From Bacteroidota bacterium (GTDB lineage Bacteria > Bacteroidota > Bacteroidia > UKL13-3): a stretch of DNA of 26,593 nucleotides. Position 1 is the stretch's first letter, and each line of letters begins with the position of its first letter. Below the pieces are notes generated by a model. The model had not been told where the DNA came from and made no database searches. It saw only the letters and a list, made by a program, of their open reading frames with translations. The stretch is taken from positions 1 through 26,593 of the forward strand of contig VEQB01000001.1 in the NCBI GenBank assembly GCA_018883485.1, written 5' to 3'. Both the position numbers and the translations under genes were made by a program. Below, piece after piece: positions 1-8,880 of the stretch.

Positions 1-1035
1 GTGCTAAGCTCTGGCTATTTATCGCCTAAAGAGGCAATAAACTTGTTGGATAGCATGAAGCATAGTGCACTCTTCCGCCCAGATCAATACAGTTATTTAC
101 TGTATCCCAATAAAAATCTCCCTAAATTTTTAGAGAAAAACAACATACCTAAAAATGCAATAGAAAAATCAAAGCTTATTCAAATGATGCTTGCTGCTGC
201 AGACAAATCATTAGTTGAGCAAGACATTAAAGGGGAATACCATTTTAATGGCAATTTTAAAAACGCCTCTGATTTGAGTGATGCTATAGCAAAATTAGAC
301 AAGCAGAAGTATGGCGAACTCATTGCTAAAGAAAGACAGGCACTGTTAGAAGTTTTTGAAGCCGTGTTTGATCATAAATCATTTACAGGTCGTTCTGGTA
401 CCTTTTATGGTTACGAAGGGCTTGGCTCAATCTATTGGCATATGGTTTCTAAGCTGCAATTAGCTGTTCAAGAAGTATGTTTACAAGCCTTACAAGCAAA
501 TGAGTCTGCCGAGGTAATAGGTAAACTTTTAGAACATTACTACGAAATCAATGCAGGAATTGGTGTACATAAATCGCCTTCTCTATATGGTGCATTCCCT
601 ACCGACCCATATTCGCACACACCAGCAAACAAAGGTGCGCAACAACCGGGTATGACGGGTCAGGTAAAGGAAGATATTTTAAGTAGATTTGGTGAGTTGG
701 GAGTTTTTGTGGCTGATGGGTGTTTATATTTTAACCCATGCCTTTTGCGTAAAGACGAGTTTACTACTCAAGAACGCACTTTTAATTATGTTACCTTAAA
801 TAAAGAACATAAAACGTTTGCTCCTCCTGTAGGTTCTATTTGTTTTACCTATTGCCAATTACCTGTAATTTATAACTTGTCTGATGAAAATTACCTAGAA
901 ATTGAAATGAAAGATGGCACTTTGATGAAGCAAAATGCTCTCTACTTAAATAGGGAGAATAGCGCACACATTTTTTGTAGAACAGGAGAAATAGCTAAAA
1001 TCACTGTACATATTAAAAAGTCTATTTTAAAGTAA
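1..1035 (+). CDS. Probable GH149 beta-1,3-glucan phosphorylase, C-terminal part (5'-truncated by the window edge)
   Basis: Open frame from base 1. Motifs HKSFTGRSGTFYGYEGLGSIYWHMVSKL and DPYSHTP..GAQQPGMTGQVKEDILSRFGELG match my recollection of the GH149 C-terminal region. The GH17/GH30/MFS neighbourhood is the typical GH149 context. The GTG at base 1 is not a real start. Confidence 0.75.
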   Translation: MLSSGYLSPKEAINLLDSMKHSALFRPDQYSYLLYPNKNLPKFLEKNNIPKNAIEKSKLIQMMLAAADKSLVEQDIKGEYHFNGNFKNASDLSDAIAKLDKQKYGELIAKERQALLEVFEAVFDHKSFTGRSGTFYGYEGLGSIYWHMVSKLQLAVQEVCLQALQANESAEVIGKLLEHYYEINAGIGVHKSPSLYGAFPTDPYSHTPANKGAQQPGMTGQVKEDILSRFGELGVFVADGCLYFNPCLLRKDEFTTQERTFNYVTLNKEHKTFAPPVGSICFTYCQLPVIYNLSDENYLEIEMKDGTLMKQNALYLNRENSAHIFCRTGEIAKITVHIKKSILK

Positions 1036-1039
1036 TAGT

Positions 1040-2302
1040 ATGCCAAAGCTTAGTTTGAAATACTTTTTGTTTCTCTTAATAATAATTAATCTAAGCGCGT
1101 GCAATTTTCAAGACGGCGTCAATAAGGAAAATCATTCTGAGTTTAATATAACTGCCGCTCAAATCTTAGGAGATTCTAACTACATAGCTTTATGTTATGG
1201 AGGTTATAGAACAATTTCTCGAGATACACAACCTACCCTAACTCAACTTAAAGAGGATTTGAGGATAATGCGTGCTATGGGTGCAAAAGTACTCCGAACT
1301 TATAATACCAAATATGCAGAAATAAATAATTTGTTGAAGGCAATTACAACGTTGAAAGAAGAAGACCCAACTTTTGAAATGTATGTAATGCTTGGAGCTT
1401 GGATAGATTGTGAAAATGCTTGGTCTAATGCTGAACCCAATCATGAAAAGGAAAATGAATTAGCCAATGCTGAAGAAATTGCAAGAGCTGTTCAATTGGC
1501 AAATCAATATCCAGCTATAGTAAAAATAATATCTGTTGGTAATGAAGCTATGGTGAAGTGGGCTACTAGTTATTATGTATCGCCAAACATTATTTTAAAA
1601 TGGGTAAATCATTTACAGCAGTTAAAACTAGAAAACAGATTGCCCAAAGATTTATGGATTACATCCTCTGATAATTTCGCTTCTTGGGGCGGTGGAGATT
1701 CTTCTTATTATGTTGATAATTTAAAGAAATTGTACCAAGCTGTGGATTATGTCTCTATTCATACTTATCCCATGCATGACACACATTACAATCCTGTTTT
1801 TTGGGGATTGAAAGCCAGTGAAAAAAGCTTAAACAAAACGGAAAAAATTGATTCGTTGATGGTACGTTCTGTTAACTATGCAAAAGGACAATACTTTAGT
1901 GTAAAAAGTTATATGCATTCAATTGGAGTGGAAAAGCCTATTCATATTGGTGAAACGGGCTGGGCAACTCAATCTGATGGCTTTTATGGAAAGGATGGGT
2001 CGAAGGCTTGTGATGAATATAAATCTGCTAGATATTACCAATTGATGAGGGAATGGACAAATAAAGAGAGAATCACTTGTTTCTTTTTTGAAGCTTTTGA
2101 CGAGAAGTGGAAGGATTCTAAGAATCCCAATGGCTCTGAAAATCATTTTGGATTATTTACCATTGAGGGAAAAGCCAAGAATACTTTATGGGAAATGTGG
2201 GATCAAGGCGCATTTAAAAACTTGACAAGAGATGGTAGACCAATTGAAAAAACTTATAATGGCATAAAAGAGGATTTAATTTATACCGTTGAATTGCCTT
2301 AA
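1040..2302 (+). CDS. GH17 beta-1,3-glucanase/glucosidase, lipoprotein
   Basis: Lipobox LSAC (Cys21). GH17 motifs CYGGYR, LRTY, MLGAWI, acid/base ISVGNEA, nucleophile IHIGETGW, FFFEAFDEKWK and ENHFGLF. Confidence 0.88.
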   Translation: MPKLSLKYFLFLLIIINLSACNFQDGVNKENHSEFNITAAQILGDSNYIALCYGGYRTISRDTQPTLTQLKEDLRIMRAMGAKVLRTYNTKYAEINNLLKAITTLKEEDPTFEMYVMLGAWIDCENAWSNAEPNHEKENELANAEEIARAVQLANQYPAIVKIISVGNEAMVKWATSYYVSPNIILKWVNHLQQLKLENRLPKDLWITSSDNFASWGGGDSSYYVDNLKKLYQAVDYVSIHTYPMHDTHYNPVFWGLKASEKSLNKTEKIDSLMVRSVNYAKGQYFSVKSYMHSIGVEKPIHIGETGWATQSDGFYGKDGSKACDEYKSARYYQLMREWTNKERITCFFFEAFDEKWKDSKNPNGSENHFGLFTIEGKAKNTLWEMWDQGAFKNLTRDGRPIEKTYNGIKEDLIYTVELP

Positions 2303-2318
2303 GGTTAAAAAATAAGAA

Positions 2319-3827
2319 ATGAAAAAAATAAAACCCCACTTCTGTTGCTTTAATTTTATATCATTGGTATTGATTAGTGTGTTTTTTATTCAATGTTCAA
2401 ATGAGGAAAAAATGATTATGAATGTATACGAAACCTCTGAAAGTGGCAATGCACTTACCTTAATCAAAGCGTTTCAAACCGCTGACCAAACTTTAACTAT
2501 TCAGGTTGATCCTGAAAAGCAATTTCAAAAAATTACTGGATTTGGTGGGTCGTTTACTGAAGCCTCTGCTTTTTTATTGAATAAACTAAGCCCAGCCAAT
2601 AGAAAGAAAGTGTTAGATGCCTATTTTAGTGAAGAAGGTGCACGTTATTCTTTAACCAGAACACATATTGCCTCTTGTGATTTTTCTTTAAACAATTATA
2701 CTTACGCCAAAGTTGAGAATGATTTAGACTTAAAACATTTCACCATACAAGATGATAAAGCTGATTTAATTACGATGATTCTGGAAGCGCAAAAAATTTC
2801 TAAGGATGGATTTAAAATTATTGCCTCACCTTGGACTGCCCCACCTTGGATGAAAGACAATAAAAGTTATGTAGGAGGAACACTGTTGCCTCAGTTTAAT
2901 AATGTTTTTGCCTTATATTTTTCTAAATACTTAACTGCCTATAAAAAGGAGGGTATTGATATTTGGGGGGTTACAGTAATTAACGAACCTCATGGAAATG
3001 GCAATAATTGGGAAAGCACTTTATTTTCACCCAAAGAAATGACTGATTTTGTTCAAGATCATTTGGGTCCAAAACTAGAAAAGGATGGTTGGGGTGAGGT
3101 TAAAATTTTTGGCTACGATCAAAACAGAGCAGGCTTAAAAGAATGGGTAGATGAAATGTACCGAGATGAAAAATCATCCAACTATTTTGCTGGTACTGCC
3201 ATTCATTGGTACGAAAGTACCTACGATTATTTTCCTGAGGCCTTGCAATATGCACATAAAAAAGCGCCACAAAAATATTTAATTGAAACCGAAGGCTGTG
3301 TAGATTCAGAAGTGCCAAAATGGAAAGATGACAAATGGTATTGGCAAAAAGAAGCTACGGATTGGGGATGGGATTGGGCAAGTGAAAAGGATAAACATTT
3401 ACACCCAAAATATGCTCCGGTTAATAGATATGCCACAGATATCATTGGTTGTTTAAACAATTATGTGGACGGCTGGATTGATTGGAATATGGTTTTAGAT
3501 ACACAAGGAGGCCCTAATTGGTTTAAAAATTGGTGTGTTGCTCCTGTAATTGTAAGCCCAGAAAAAGATGAAGTTTACTTTACTCCATTGTATTATGTAA
3601 TGGCACATTTTAGTAAATTTATGCGTCCTGGAGCTGTTAAAATTGCTTGTGAAATTAACCACAAAGAAGTGATGGCCACTGCAGTCAAAAATTTGGATGG
3701 CAGTATTGCCATAGTGGTATTTAATCCTACTGAAGAGAAATACAATATTACCATCAACTTAAATAAGCAAACCCAAACGCTTAGCATAGATTCGAAAGCA
3801 TTACAAACAATAGTACTCAATCAATAA
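2319..3827 (+). CDS. GH30 (GH30_1-like) glycoside hydrolase, probable lipoprotein; beta-1,6-glucosidase/debranching activity is plausible
   Basis: GH30 motifs GFGGSFTEAS, RTHIASCDFS, ASPWTAPPWMK, acid/base TVINEP, nucleophile IETEGC, WIDWNMVLD..GGPN and YYVMAHFSKF. N-terminal hydrophobic segment ends FIQC-SNEE. Confidence 0.9.
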   Translation: MKKIKPHFCCFNFISLVLISVFFIQCSNEEKMIMNVYETSESGNALTLIKAFQTADQTLTIQVDPEKQFQKITGFGGSFTEASAFLLNKLSPANRKKVLDAYFSEEGARYSLTRTHIASCDFSLNNYTYAKVENDLDLKHFTIQDDKADLITMILEAQKISKDGFKIIASPWTAPPWMKDNKSYVGGTLLPQFNNVFALYFSKYLTAYKKEGIDIWGVTVINEPHGNGNNWESTLFSPKEMTDFVQDHLGPKLEKDGWGEVKIFGYDQNRAGLKEWVDEMYRDEKSSNYFAGTAIHWYESTYDYFPEALQYAHKKAPQKYLIETEGCVDSEVPKWKDDKWYWQKEATDWGWDWASEKDKHLHPKYAPVNRYATDIIGCLNNYVDGWIDWNMVLDTQGGPNWFKNWCVAPVIVSPEKDEVYFTPLYYVMAHFSKFMRPGAVKIACEINHKEVMATAVKNLDGSIAIVVFNPTEEKYNITINLNKQTQTLSIDSKALQTIVLNQ

Positions 3828-3832
3828 AACCT

Positions 3833-6172
3833 ATGTCCAACCAAACATTAGTAAAAAGAGTTCCTAGATCGCAAAAAATTGCGTTTGGTTTGGGTATGCT
3901 TGCCAATCAAATGTTTCCGGCCGCCCTGGGTATTTTTATAGTAATACTCATTGAAGGCCTTGGGTTTCCGGGTTGGATGTTGGGTATTATCTATTTTGTG
4001 CCCAAGCTATTTGATGCGATAACCGACCCAATAATGGGTTTTATAACCGATAATACTAAGTCGAAATGGGGCCGTAGAAGACACTATGTTTTAATAGGCG
4101 CAATTATCATGGGCTTATCATTTGCTTCCATGTGGCAGTTATATGCAACCAATAGTGTGAATTATAACTTTTTTTACTTCTTGATTTGGTCATTAGTTTT
4201 CTTTCTGGGACTAACCATTTTTAGTGTTCCTTATGTTGCCATGGGCTATGAAATGAGCGATGATTTCCATGAACGAACCGAAATTATGGCCACCGCGCAG
4301 CTTATTGGGCAATTGGCTTGGGTAATTGCTCCTTGGTTTTGGGTAATTATGTACGACCCTAGATTTTTTGAATCAACAGAAATTGCCACCCGAACCCTTG
4401 CCGTCTATGTGGCTATCGGGTGCTCTATTTTGGCTGCTGTGCCCGCTATTTTTATTAATAGTAAATCTACTTTAAATGAAAACTATGAACCTTTAACTTT
4501 AAAAAATATTAGTTCTAGTTTCGACCAAATTATAGAAGGATTTAGAGATGCCTTAAAAATAGAACCTTTCAGAAAATTATGTATTGCTACCTTCCTAATA
4601 TTTAATGCATTTAATACGGTTGCAGGCTTTTCCTTTTTTATTATTAAGTATTTTATCTTTAGTGAAAACCCCGCAAATTTTGGTGTTTGGCCAACGCTTT
4701 TTGGAAGCATTGGTGCCATTATCACCACCATTTTGGTTATTCCAATTGTGTCTCGCATGTCGAAATTAATGGGCAAAAAGAAAGCCTTCATTATCTCGCA
4801 GCTCATATCTATAATTGGATATATTCTATTCTGGTTTTTGTTTGTACCAGGTAAGCCGTATTTGTTCATTTTTGCTTTACCATTTTTCTCGTTTGGTATA
4901 GGTAGTTTGTTTACACTCATGATGTCTATGACATCTGATGTAATTGATATAGATGAGTTAAATACAGGCAAAAGAAGAGAAGGCATTTTTGGCGCTATTT
5001 ATTGGTGGATGGTAAAATTTGGACTAGCCATTGCTGGTTTATTAAGCGGATTAATTTTATCTTTTGTTGCATTTAATTCGGGTGCCGATTCTCAAACTGC
5101 ACAATCTATGTTTGAGTTAAGGTTGTTTTTCTCTGGAATACCCATCTTAGGAACCTTAATAGCCATTTGGGTAATGAAAGATTATGATGTTACAGAAGAG
5201 AAAGCCAGAGAAATAAGCGCAGAATTACATAAACGTAAAAACAAAAATATTCCTCCTTACTTGCAAGGCAAACTACATTCATTGTTACAAAACCTAAATT
5301 TAAATATTATTAATGGTATTGATTACAGCACTAAAAGTGAAGCCGAAATAGAATCTAAGTTTACAGAAGTATTTGATCAAGGCTTACATGGTTTATGCTT
5401 TAGCCCTTATATTGAAGGACAAAAAGCAGGAGATATTTTATCGGCAGAACAAATAAGAAAACGAATAGATATTATTGCACCGCATACAAAATGGATCAGG
5501 ACTTTTTCATCTACTGAAGGAAATGAGTTTATACCTGAAATAGCGTATCAAAAAGGTATTAAAACGATTGTGGGTGCTTGGATAAGCAATGACAAAGAGA
5601 GAAATGAGAGAGAAATCAATGCATTGATTAAACTTGCAAATGCTGGATTGGTTGATATTGCGGCTGTTGGAAATGAAGTATTGCACAGAGGAGAAATTTC
5701 GGAAACCGAATTGATTGATTACATAAATAGAGTGAAAAATTCCATTCCTACTCATATTGAAGTGGGTTATGTGGATGCCTATTATCAATTTATAGAAAGG
5801 CCTAAACTGATAGATGTGTGCGACTTGATTTTATGTAATTTCTATCCTTTTTGGGAAGGTGCAGTTATTGATTATTCAATGTCATATCTTACTAATATGC
5901 TTGATGTAACTAAAGCAATAAGCAATGGTAAAAGGATTATTGTAACAGAAGCAGGATGGCCTAGTTTTGGCGAAACGATTGATAATGCAGTGCCATCAAG
6001 AATTAATGCAATGAAATATTTTATCATTTCACAACAATGGGCAAAAAACAATAACCTAGAACTATTCCATTTCTCTTCATTCGACGAATCATGGAAAGTT
6101 TTGCAAGAAGGTAAAGTTGGAACCTCCTGGGGGTTATGGGATAAAAACGAAAAATTTAAGTATAAAAATTAA
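3833..6172 (+). CDS. Fusion protein: MFS (GPH/MFS_2 sugar:cation symporter) N-terminal domain plus C-terminal GH17 domain
   Basis: About the first 470 aa contain many hydrophobic helices with GPH motifs DAITDPIMGFITDNTKSKWGRRR and DVIDIDELNTGKRREG. The C-terminal domain has CFSPY, WIRTFS, VGAWI, VGNEVL, VTEAGWPS, FDESWK and WGLWDK. One continuous frame. Confidence 0.9.
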   Translation: MSNQTLVKRVPRSQKIAFGLGMLANQMFPAALGIFIVILIEGLGFPGWMLGIIYFVPKLFDAITDPIMGFITDNTKSKWGRRRHYVLIGAIIMGLSFASMWQLYATNSVNYNFFYFLIWSLVFFLGLTIFSVPYVAMGYEMSDDFHERTEIMATAQLIGQLAWVIAPWFWVIMYDPRFFESTEIATRTLAVYVAIGCSILAAVPAIFINSKSTLNENYEPLTLKNISSSFDQIIEGFRDALKIEPFRKLCIATFLIFNAFNTVAGFSFFIIKYFIFSENPANFGVWPTLFGSIGAIITTILVIPIVSRMSKLMGKKKAFIISQLISIIGYILFWFLFVPGKPYLFIFALPFFSFGIGSLFTLMMSMTSDVIDIDELNTGKRREGIFGAIYWWMVKFGLAIAGLLSGLILSFVAFNSGADSQTAQSMFELRLFFSGIPILGTLIAIWVMKDYDVTEEKAREISAELHKRKNKNIPPYLQGKLHSLLQNLNLNIINGIDYSTKSEAEIESKFTEVFDQGLHGLCFSPYIEGQKAGDILSAEQIRKRIDIIAPHTKWIRTFSSTEGNEFIPEIAYQKGIKTIVGAWISNDKERNEREINALIKLANAGLVDIAAVGNEVLHRGEISETELIDYINRVKNSIPTHIEVGYVDAYYQFIERPKLIDVCDLILCNFYPFWEGAVIDYSMSYLTNMLDVTKAISNGKRIIVTEAGWPSFGETIDNAVPSRINAMKYFIISQQWAKNNNLELFHFSSFDESWKVLQEGKVGTSWGLWDKNEKFKYKN

Positions 6173-6182
6173 ACTATAGAAT

Positions 6183-7118
6183 ATGTCATACAGAGAAGGT
6201 CATTTATTTAACGCAGAAAATAAAGAGCATTATTTTCATTCGCAACAAGAGAATAGACTAGAAGTTGAATGGATTAATTATTCAGAACTTACAACAGATG
6301 ATTTAAGAAGTTTATGGATTAAAACCTTGCAAAATGGCATCCATGGCATGTGTTTTAGTATTTATGAAGATGGCCAAAAACCGGGTTCAATCATTACAGA
6401 GTCTCAAGTTGAAAGACGGATTAACATTTTAAAACCGTATGCAAAATGGGTGCGCTCATTTTCTTGCATTGAAGGTAATGAACACATACCTAGAGTGGCT
6501 AAAAAACACGGCATGAAAACACTTGTTGGAGCCTGGTTAGGGGGTGATTTGGAATTGAATGAAAGAGAAATTGAAGCACTAATAGCTATGGCAAAAGAGG
6601 GTTTGGTTGATGTTGCGGCTGTAGGAAATGAAGTGATGTATAGAAAGGATTTGACAGAAGAGCAATTATTAACTTATATCCAAAGGGTGAAAGATGCCAT
6701 TCCCAACATTCCTGTAGGTTATGTAGATGCTTATTATGAATTTTCGCATAGACCAAGAATTACAGAAATTTGCGATGTTATCTTAACTAATTGCTATCCA
6801 TATTGGGAAGGTTGCCCAATAGAATATTCTTTTGAACATATGAAAAGCATGTATGAATCTGCAAAACATGCTGGCCAAGGTAAACGCGTAATCATTACAG
6901 AAACTGGTTGGCCAAGCGAAGGAGGTGCATTTAAGGCATCTATTGCCACTAATGAAAATGCCATGCGCTATTTTATAGATTGCCAAAATTGGTGTAATGC
7001 CAATAACATCGAGAGTTTCTATTTTGCTTCTTTTGATGAGTCGTGGAAAGTAGGGCCAGAAGGTGATGTTGGCGCTTATTGGGGATTGTGGGACAAAAAC
7101 GAAAAAATAAAATTTTAA
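6183..7118 (+). CDS. GH17 glycoside hydrolase without signal peptide; paralogue of the GH17 domain of the upstream fusion
   Basis: CFSIY, WVRSFS, VGAWL, VGNEVM, IITETGWPS, FDESWK, WGLWDKNEK. No hydrophobic N-terminus. Confidence 0.9.
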   Translation: MSYREGHLFNAENKEHYFHSQQENRLEVEWINYSELTTDDLRSLWIKTLQNGIHGMCFSIYEDGQKPGSIITESQVERRINILKPYAKWVRSFSCIEGNEHIPRVAKKHGMKTLVGAWLGGDLELNEREIEALIAMAKEGLVDVAAVGNEVMYRKDLTEEQLLTYIQRVKDAIPNIPVGYVDAYYEFSHRPRITEICDVILTNCYPYWEGCPIEYSFEHMKSMYESAKHAGQGKRVIITETGWPSEGGAFKASIATNENAMRYFIDCQNWCNANNIESFYFASFDESWKVGPEGDVGAYWGLWDKNEKIKF

Positions 7119-8041
7119 TGAATAGTTTTTTTCAGCAGTTTAATTTACCATTTGCCAAAGCTATTTGTTATTCTGGTTTTAGAGATGGACAACAACCAGG
7201 AGGAATTGTTCCATCATATGAAGAGATAAAGGAAGATTTGTTACTTCTTAAGCCTCATTGGAATTATCTTCGCTTGTATGATTGTGACGAGCATGCATTA
7301 ACTGTAATTAAAGTTATTCAAAACGAGAAACTAGACTTTAAAGTAATGCTTGGTGCTTACATTGTAGCAGAAATGAATAATTATGGTTGTCCTTGGGGCG
7401 GTGGCATTTATGAGGAGGAGCAGCTAATAGAAAACATTAAAATTAACAATCAAAGAATAGAACGATTAATAGACTGGTCGAACCAATTCCCCGAAATTAT
7501 CTTTTGTGTTTCTTTAGGGAATGAAGCTTGTGTAGATTGGACAGATCATTATGTGCCAGTCAATCGTGTCATAGAATTTGCCAAAAAAGTGAAACAAAAT
7601 ATTAAACAACCCATCACTTTTTGCGAGAACTATGTTCCATGGCTAAATTACCTCAAACCACTTGTAGCCCATATAGATTTTATTTCAATACACACCTATC
7701 CCGTTTGGGAATACAAACACATACATGAAGCTGTTGATTATACAATAGCAAATTACGAGACGGTGGCTAATCATTACCCTGAAATTCCTATTGTAATAAC
7801 AGAAGCCGGGTGGGCTACCAATTCGCATGGAAGAGGGATTAATACGGAGCATGTTAATGAAGAAAATCAGAAAATGTATTACGAAGATTTGATGCACTGG
7901 TCTGAGAAAAATAATATTTTAACTTTCTTTTTTGAAGCCTTTGATGAAAATTGGAAAGGATCATCCGATCCAATGGAGCCTGAAAAACATTGGGGCGTTT
8001 TTAAAGCAGATAGGACCCCTAAGTTAGTGTTTGAGAAGTAA
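7118..8041 (+). CDS. GH17 glycoside hydrolase without signal peptide
   Basis: ICYSGFRDGQ, LRLYDC, MLGAYI, SLGNEA, VITEAGWAT, FFFEAFDENWK and EKHWGVF. Start placed at ATG 7118, which overlaps the upstream stop (TAATG), rather than the track start at 7079. Confidence 0.88.
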   Translation: MNSFFQQFNLPFAKAICYSGFRDGQQPGGIVPSYEEIKEDLLLLKPHWNYLRLYDCDEHALTVIKVIQNEKLDFKVMLGAYIVAEMNNYGCPWGGGIYEEEQLIENIKINNQRIERLIDWSNQFPEIIFCVSLGNEACVDWTDHYVPVNRVIEFAKKVKQNIKQPITFCENYVPWLNYLKPLVAHIDFISIHTYPVWEYKHIHEAVDYTIANYETVANHYPEIPIVITEAGWATNSHGRGINTEHVNEENQKMYYEDLMHWSEKNNILTFFFEAFDENWKGSSDPMEPEKHWGVFKADRTPKLVFEK

Positions 8042-8045
8042 TATT

Positions 8046-8771
8046 TTATAGCTCAAAAGAAAAGCCTTCCTTTTCTAATGCTCTATAACGTTTTTCATCA
8101 AATTCGAATAGTTGAGCAGGCCGGTGCGAAACATTTTCTTTAGCCTCTTTTAAGGGCTTTAAAATGTTCATCTCTATAATCTTTTTCCTAAAATTCGACT
8201 TGTCAAACTTGTATCCAAGTAATGCCTCATACAATAATTGAAGCTCTAGAAGGGTAAATTTGGGAGGTAGTAATTCAAAACCAGTGGGTTTATGTCTAAC
8301 CTCATCCTTTAAAGTCTCTATTCCCTTTAGTAAAATAGTGTGATGGTCAAAAGCCAATTCTGGTAGGTCATTAATATTAAACCATCTTGCAGATTTTGCC
8401 CAGGAAGATGCAATAGGTTTATAATCCATACTATTTACCAATGAAAAATAACCCACCGTAACCACCCGGTCAAGCGGGTGTCTATCTACACTTCCAAAAG
8501 CGAAAAATTGTTTTAGGTAAATGTTTTTTAATCCAGTGAGCTTCTCCAACACATTGTTAGCGGCATCACATAAGTTTTGCTTTGGCTCTACTAAGTCTCC
8601 TATTAAAGCCCAATTCCCCTTAAATGGCTCCAAACCTCTTTGCACCAGCAATACTTTTATCTCACCTTCTTGATATCCAAATATCACACAATCAACTGAT
8701 AAGCCAAAAACAAAGTAATCGTTTATAGGTAATTTATAGTCGGATATGTAGTATGAATTGGGAAACTTCAT
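8046..8771 (-). CDS. NrtR-family transcriptional regulator (degenerate NUDIX domain plus C-terminal winged HTH)
   Basis: SVDCVIFGY..LLVQRG.EPFKGNWALIG, FG.VDRHPL.RVVTVGY, LAFDH..I, then GFELLPPKFTLLELQ.LYE.LLG..FDKSNFRKK and RPAQLF, the typical NrtR/AraR architecture. Confidence 0.9.
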   Translation of the reverse strand: MKFPNSYYISDYKLPINDYFVFGLSVDCVIFGYQEGEIKVLLVQRGLEPFKGNWALIGDLVEPKQNLCDAANNVLEKLTGLKNIYLKQFFAFGSVDRHPLDRVVTVGYFSLVNSMDYKPIASSWAKSARWFNINDLPELAFDHHTILLKGIETLKDEVRHKPTGFELLPPKFTLLELQLLYEALLGYKFDKSNFRKKIIEMNILKPLKEAKENVSHRPAQLFEFDEKRYRALEKEGFSFEL

Positions 8772-8806
8772 AGCGCAAATTAAGAAGATGTTTTTTATTA
8801 ATTGTA

Positions 8807-8841
8807 AAAGTACTTATAGTATTTTTTACTTTAAGTATTTT
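8807..8841. promoter_or_regulatory. Candidate NrtR-family operator (imperfect palindrome with GT-N7-AC core)
   Basis: AAAGTACTTATAGT-ATTTTTT-ACTTTAAGTATTTT: 12 of 14 arm positions are complementary by hand count, 7-nt spacer, located between the divergent regulator and T9SS genes. Confidence 0.65.
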
Positions 8842-8880
8842 ATTTAAATTGCAACATTAAATTAATAATAAGTTTATAAT

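Noticed and set aside
1238-7897. Short minus-strand ORFs opposite the glucan operon (1238, 1919, 3100, 3227, 3593, 4483, 5507, 6783, 7685)
   Set aside because: They lie entirely antisense to well-supported genes, have no recognisable motifs, and are best explained as shadow frames.
8036-8050. Convergent junction with a 4-bp gap and no terminator (glucan operon versus regulator) as a possible antisense control
   Set aside because: Similar tight convergent junctions occur at 11943/11947 and 23249/23252, so it likely reflects general compactness; it cannot be assessed without RNA data.
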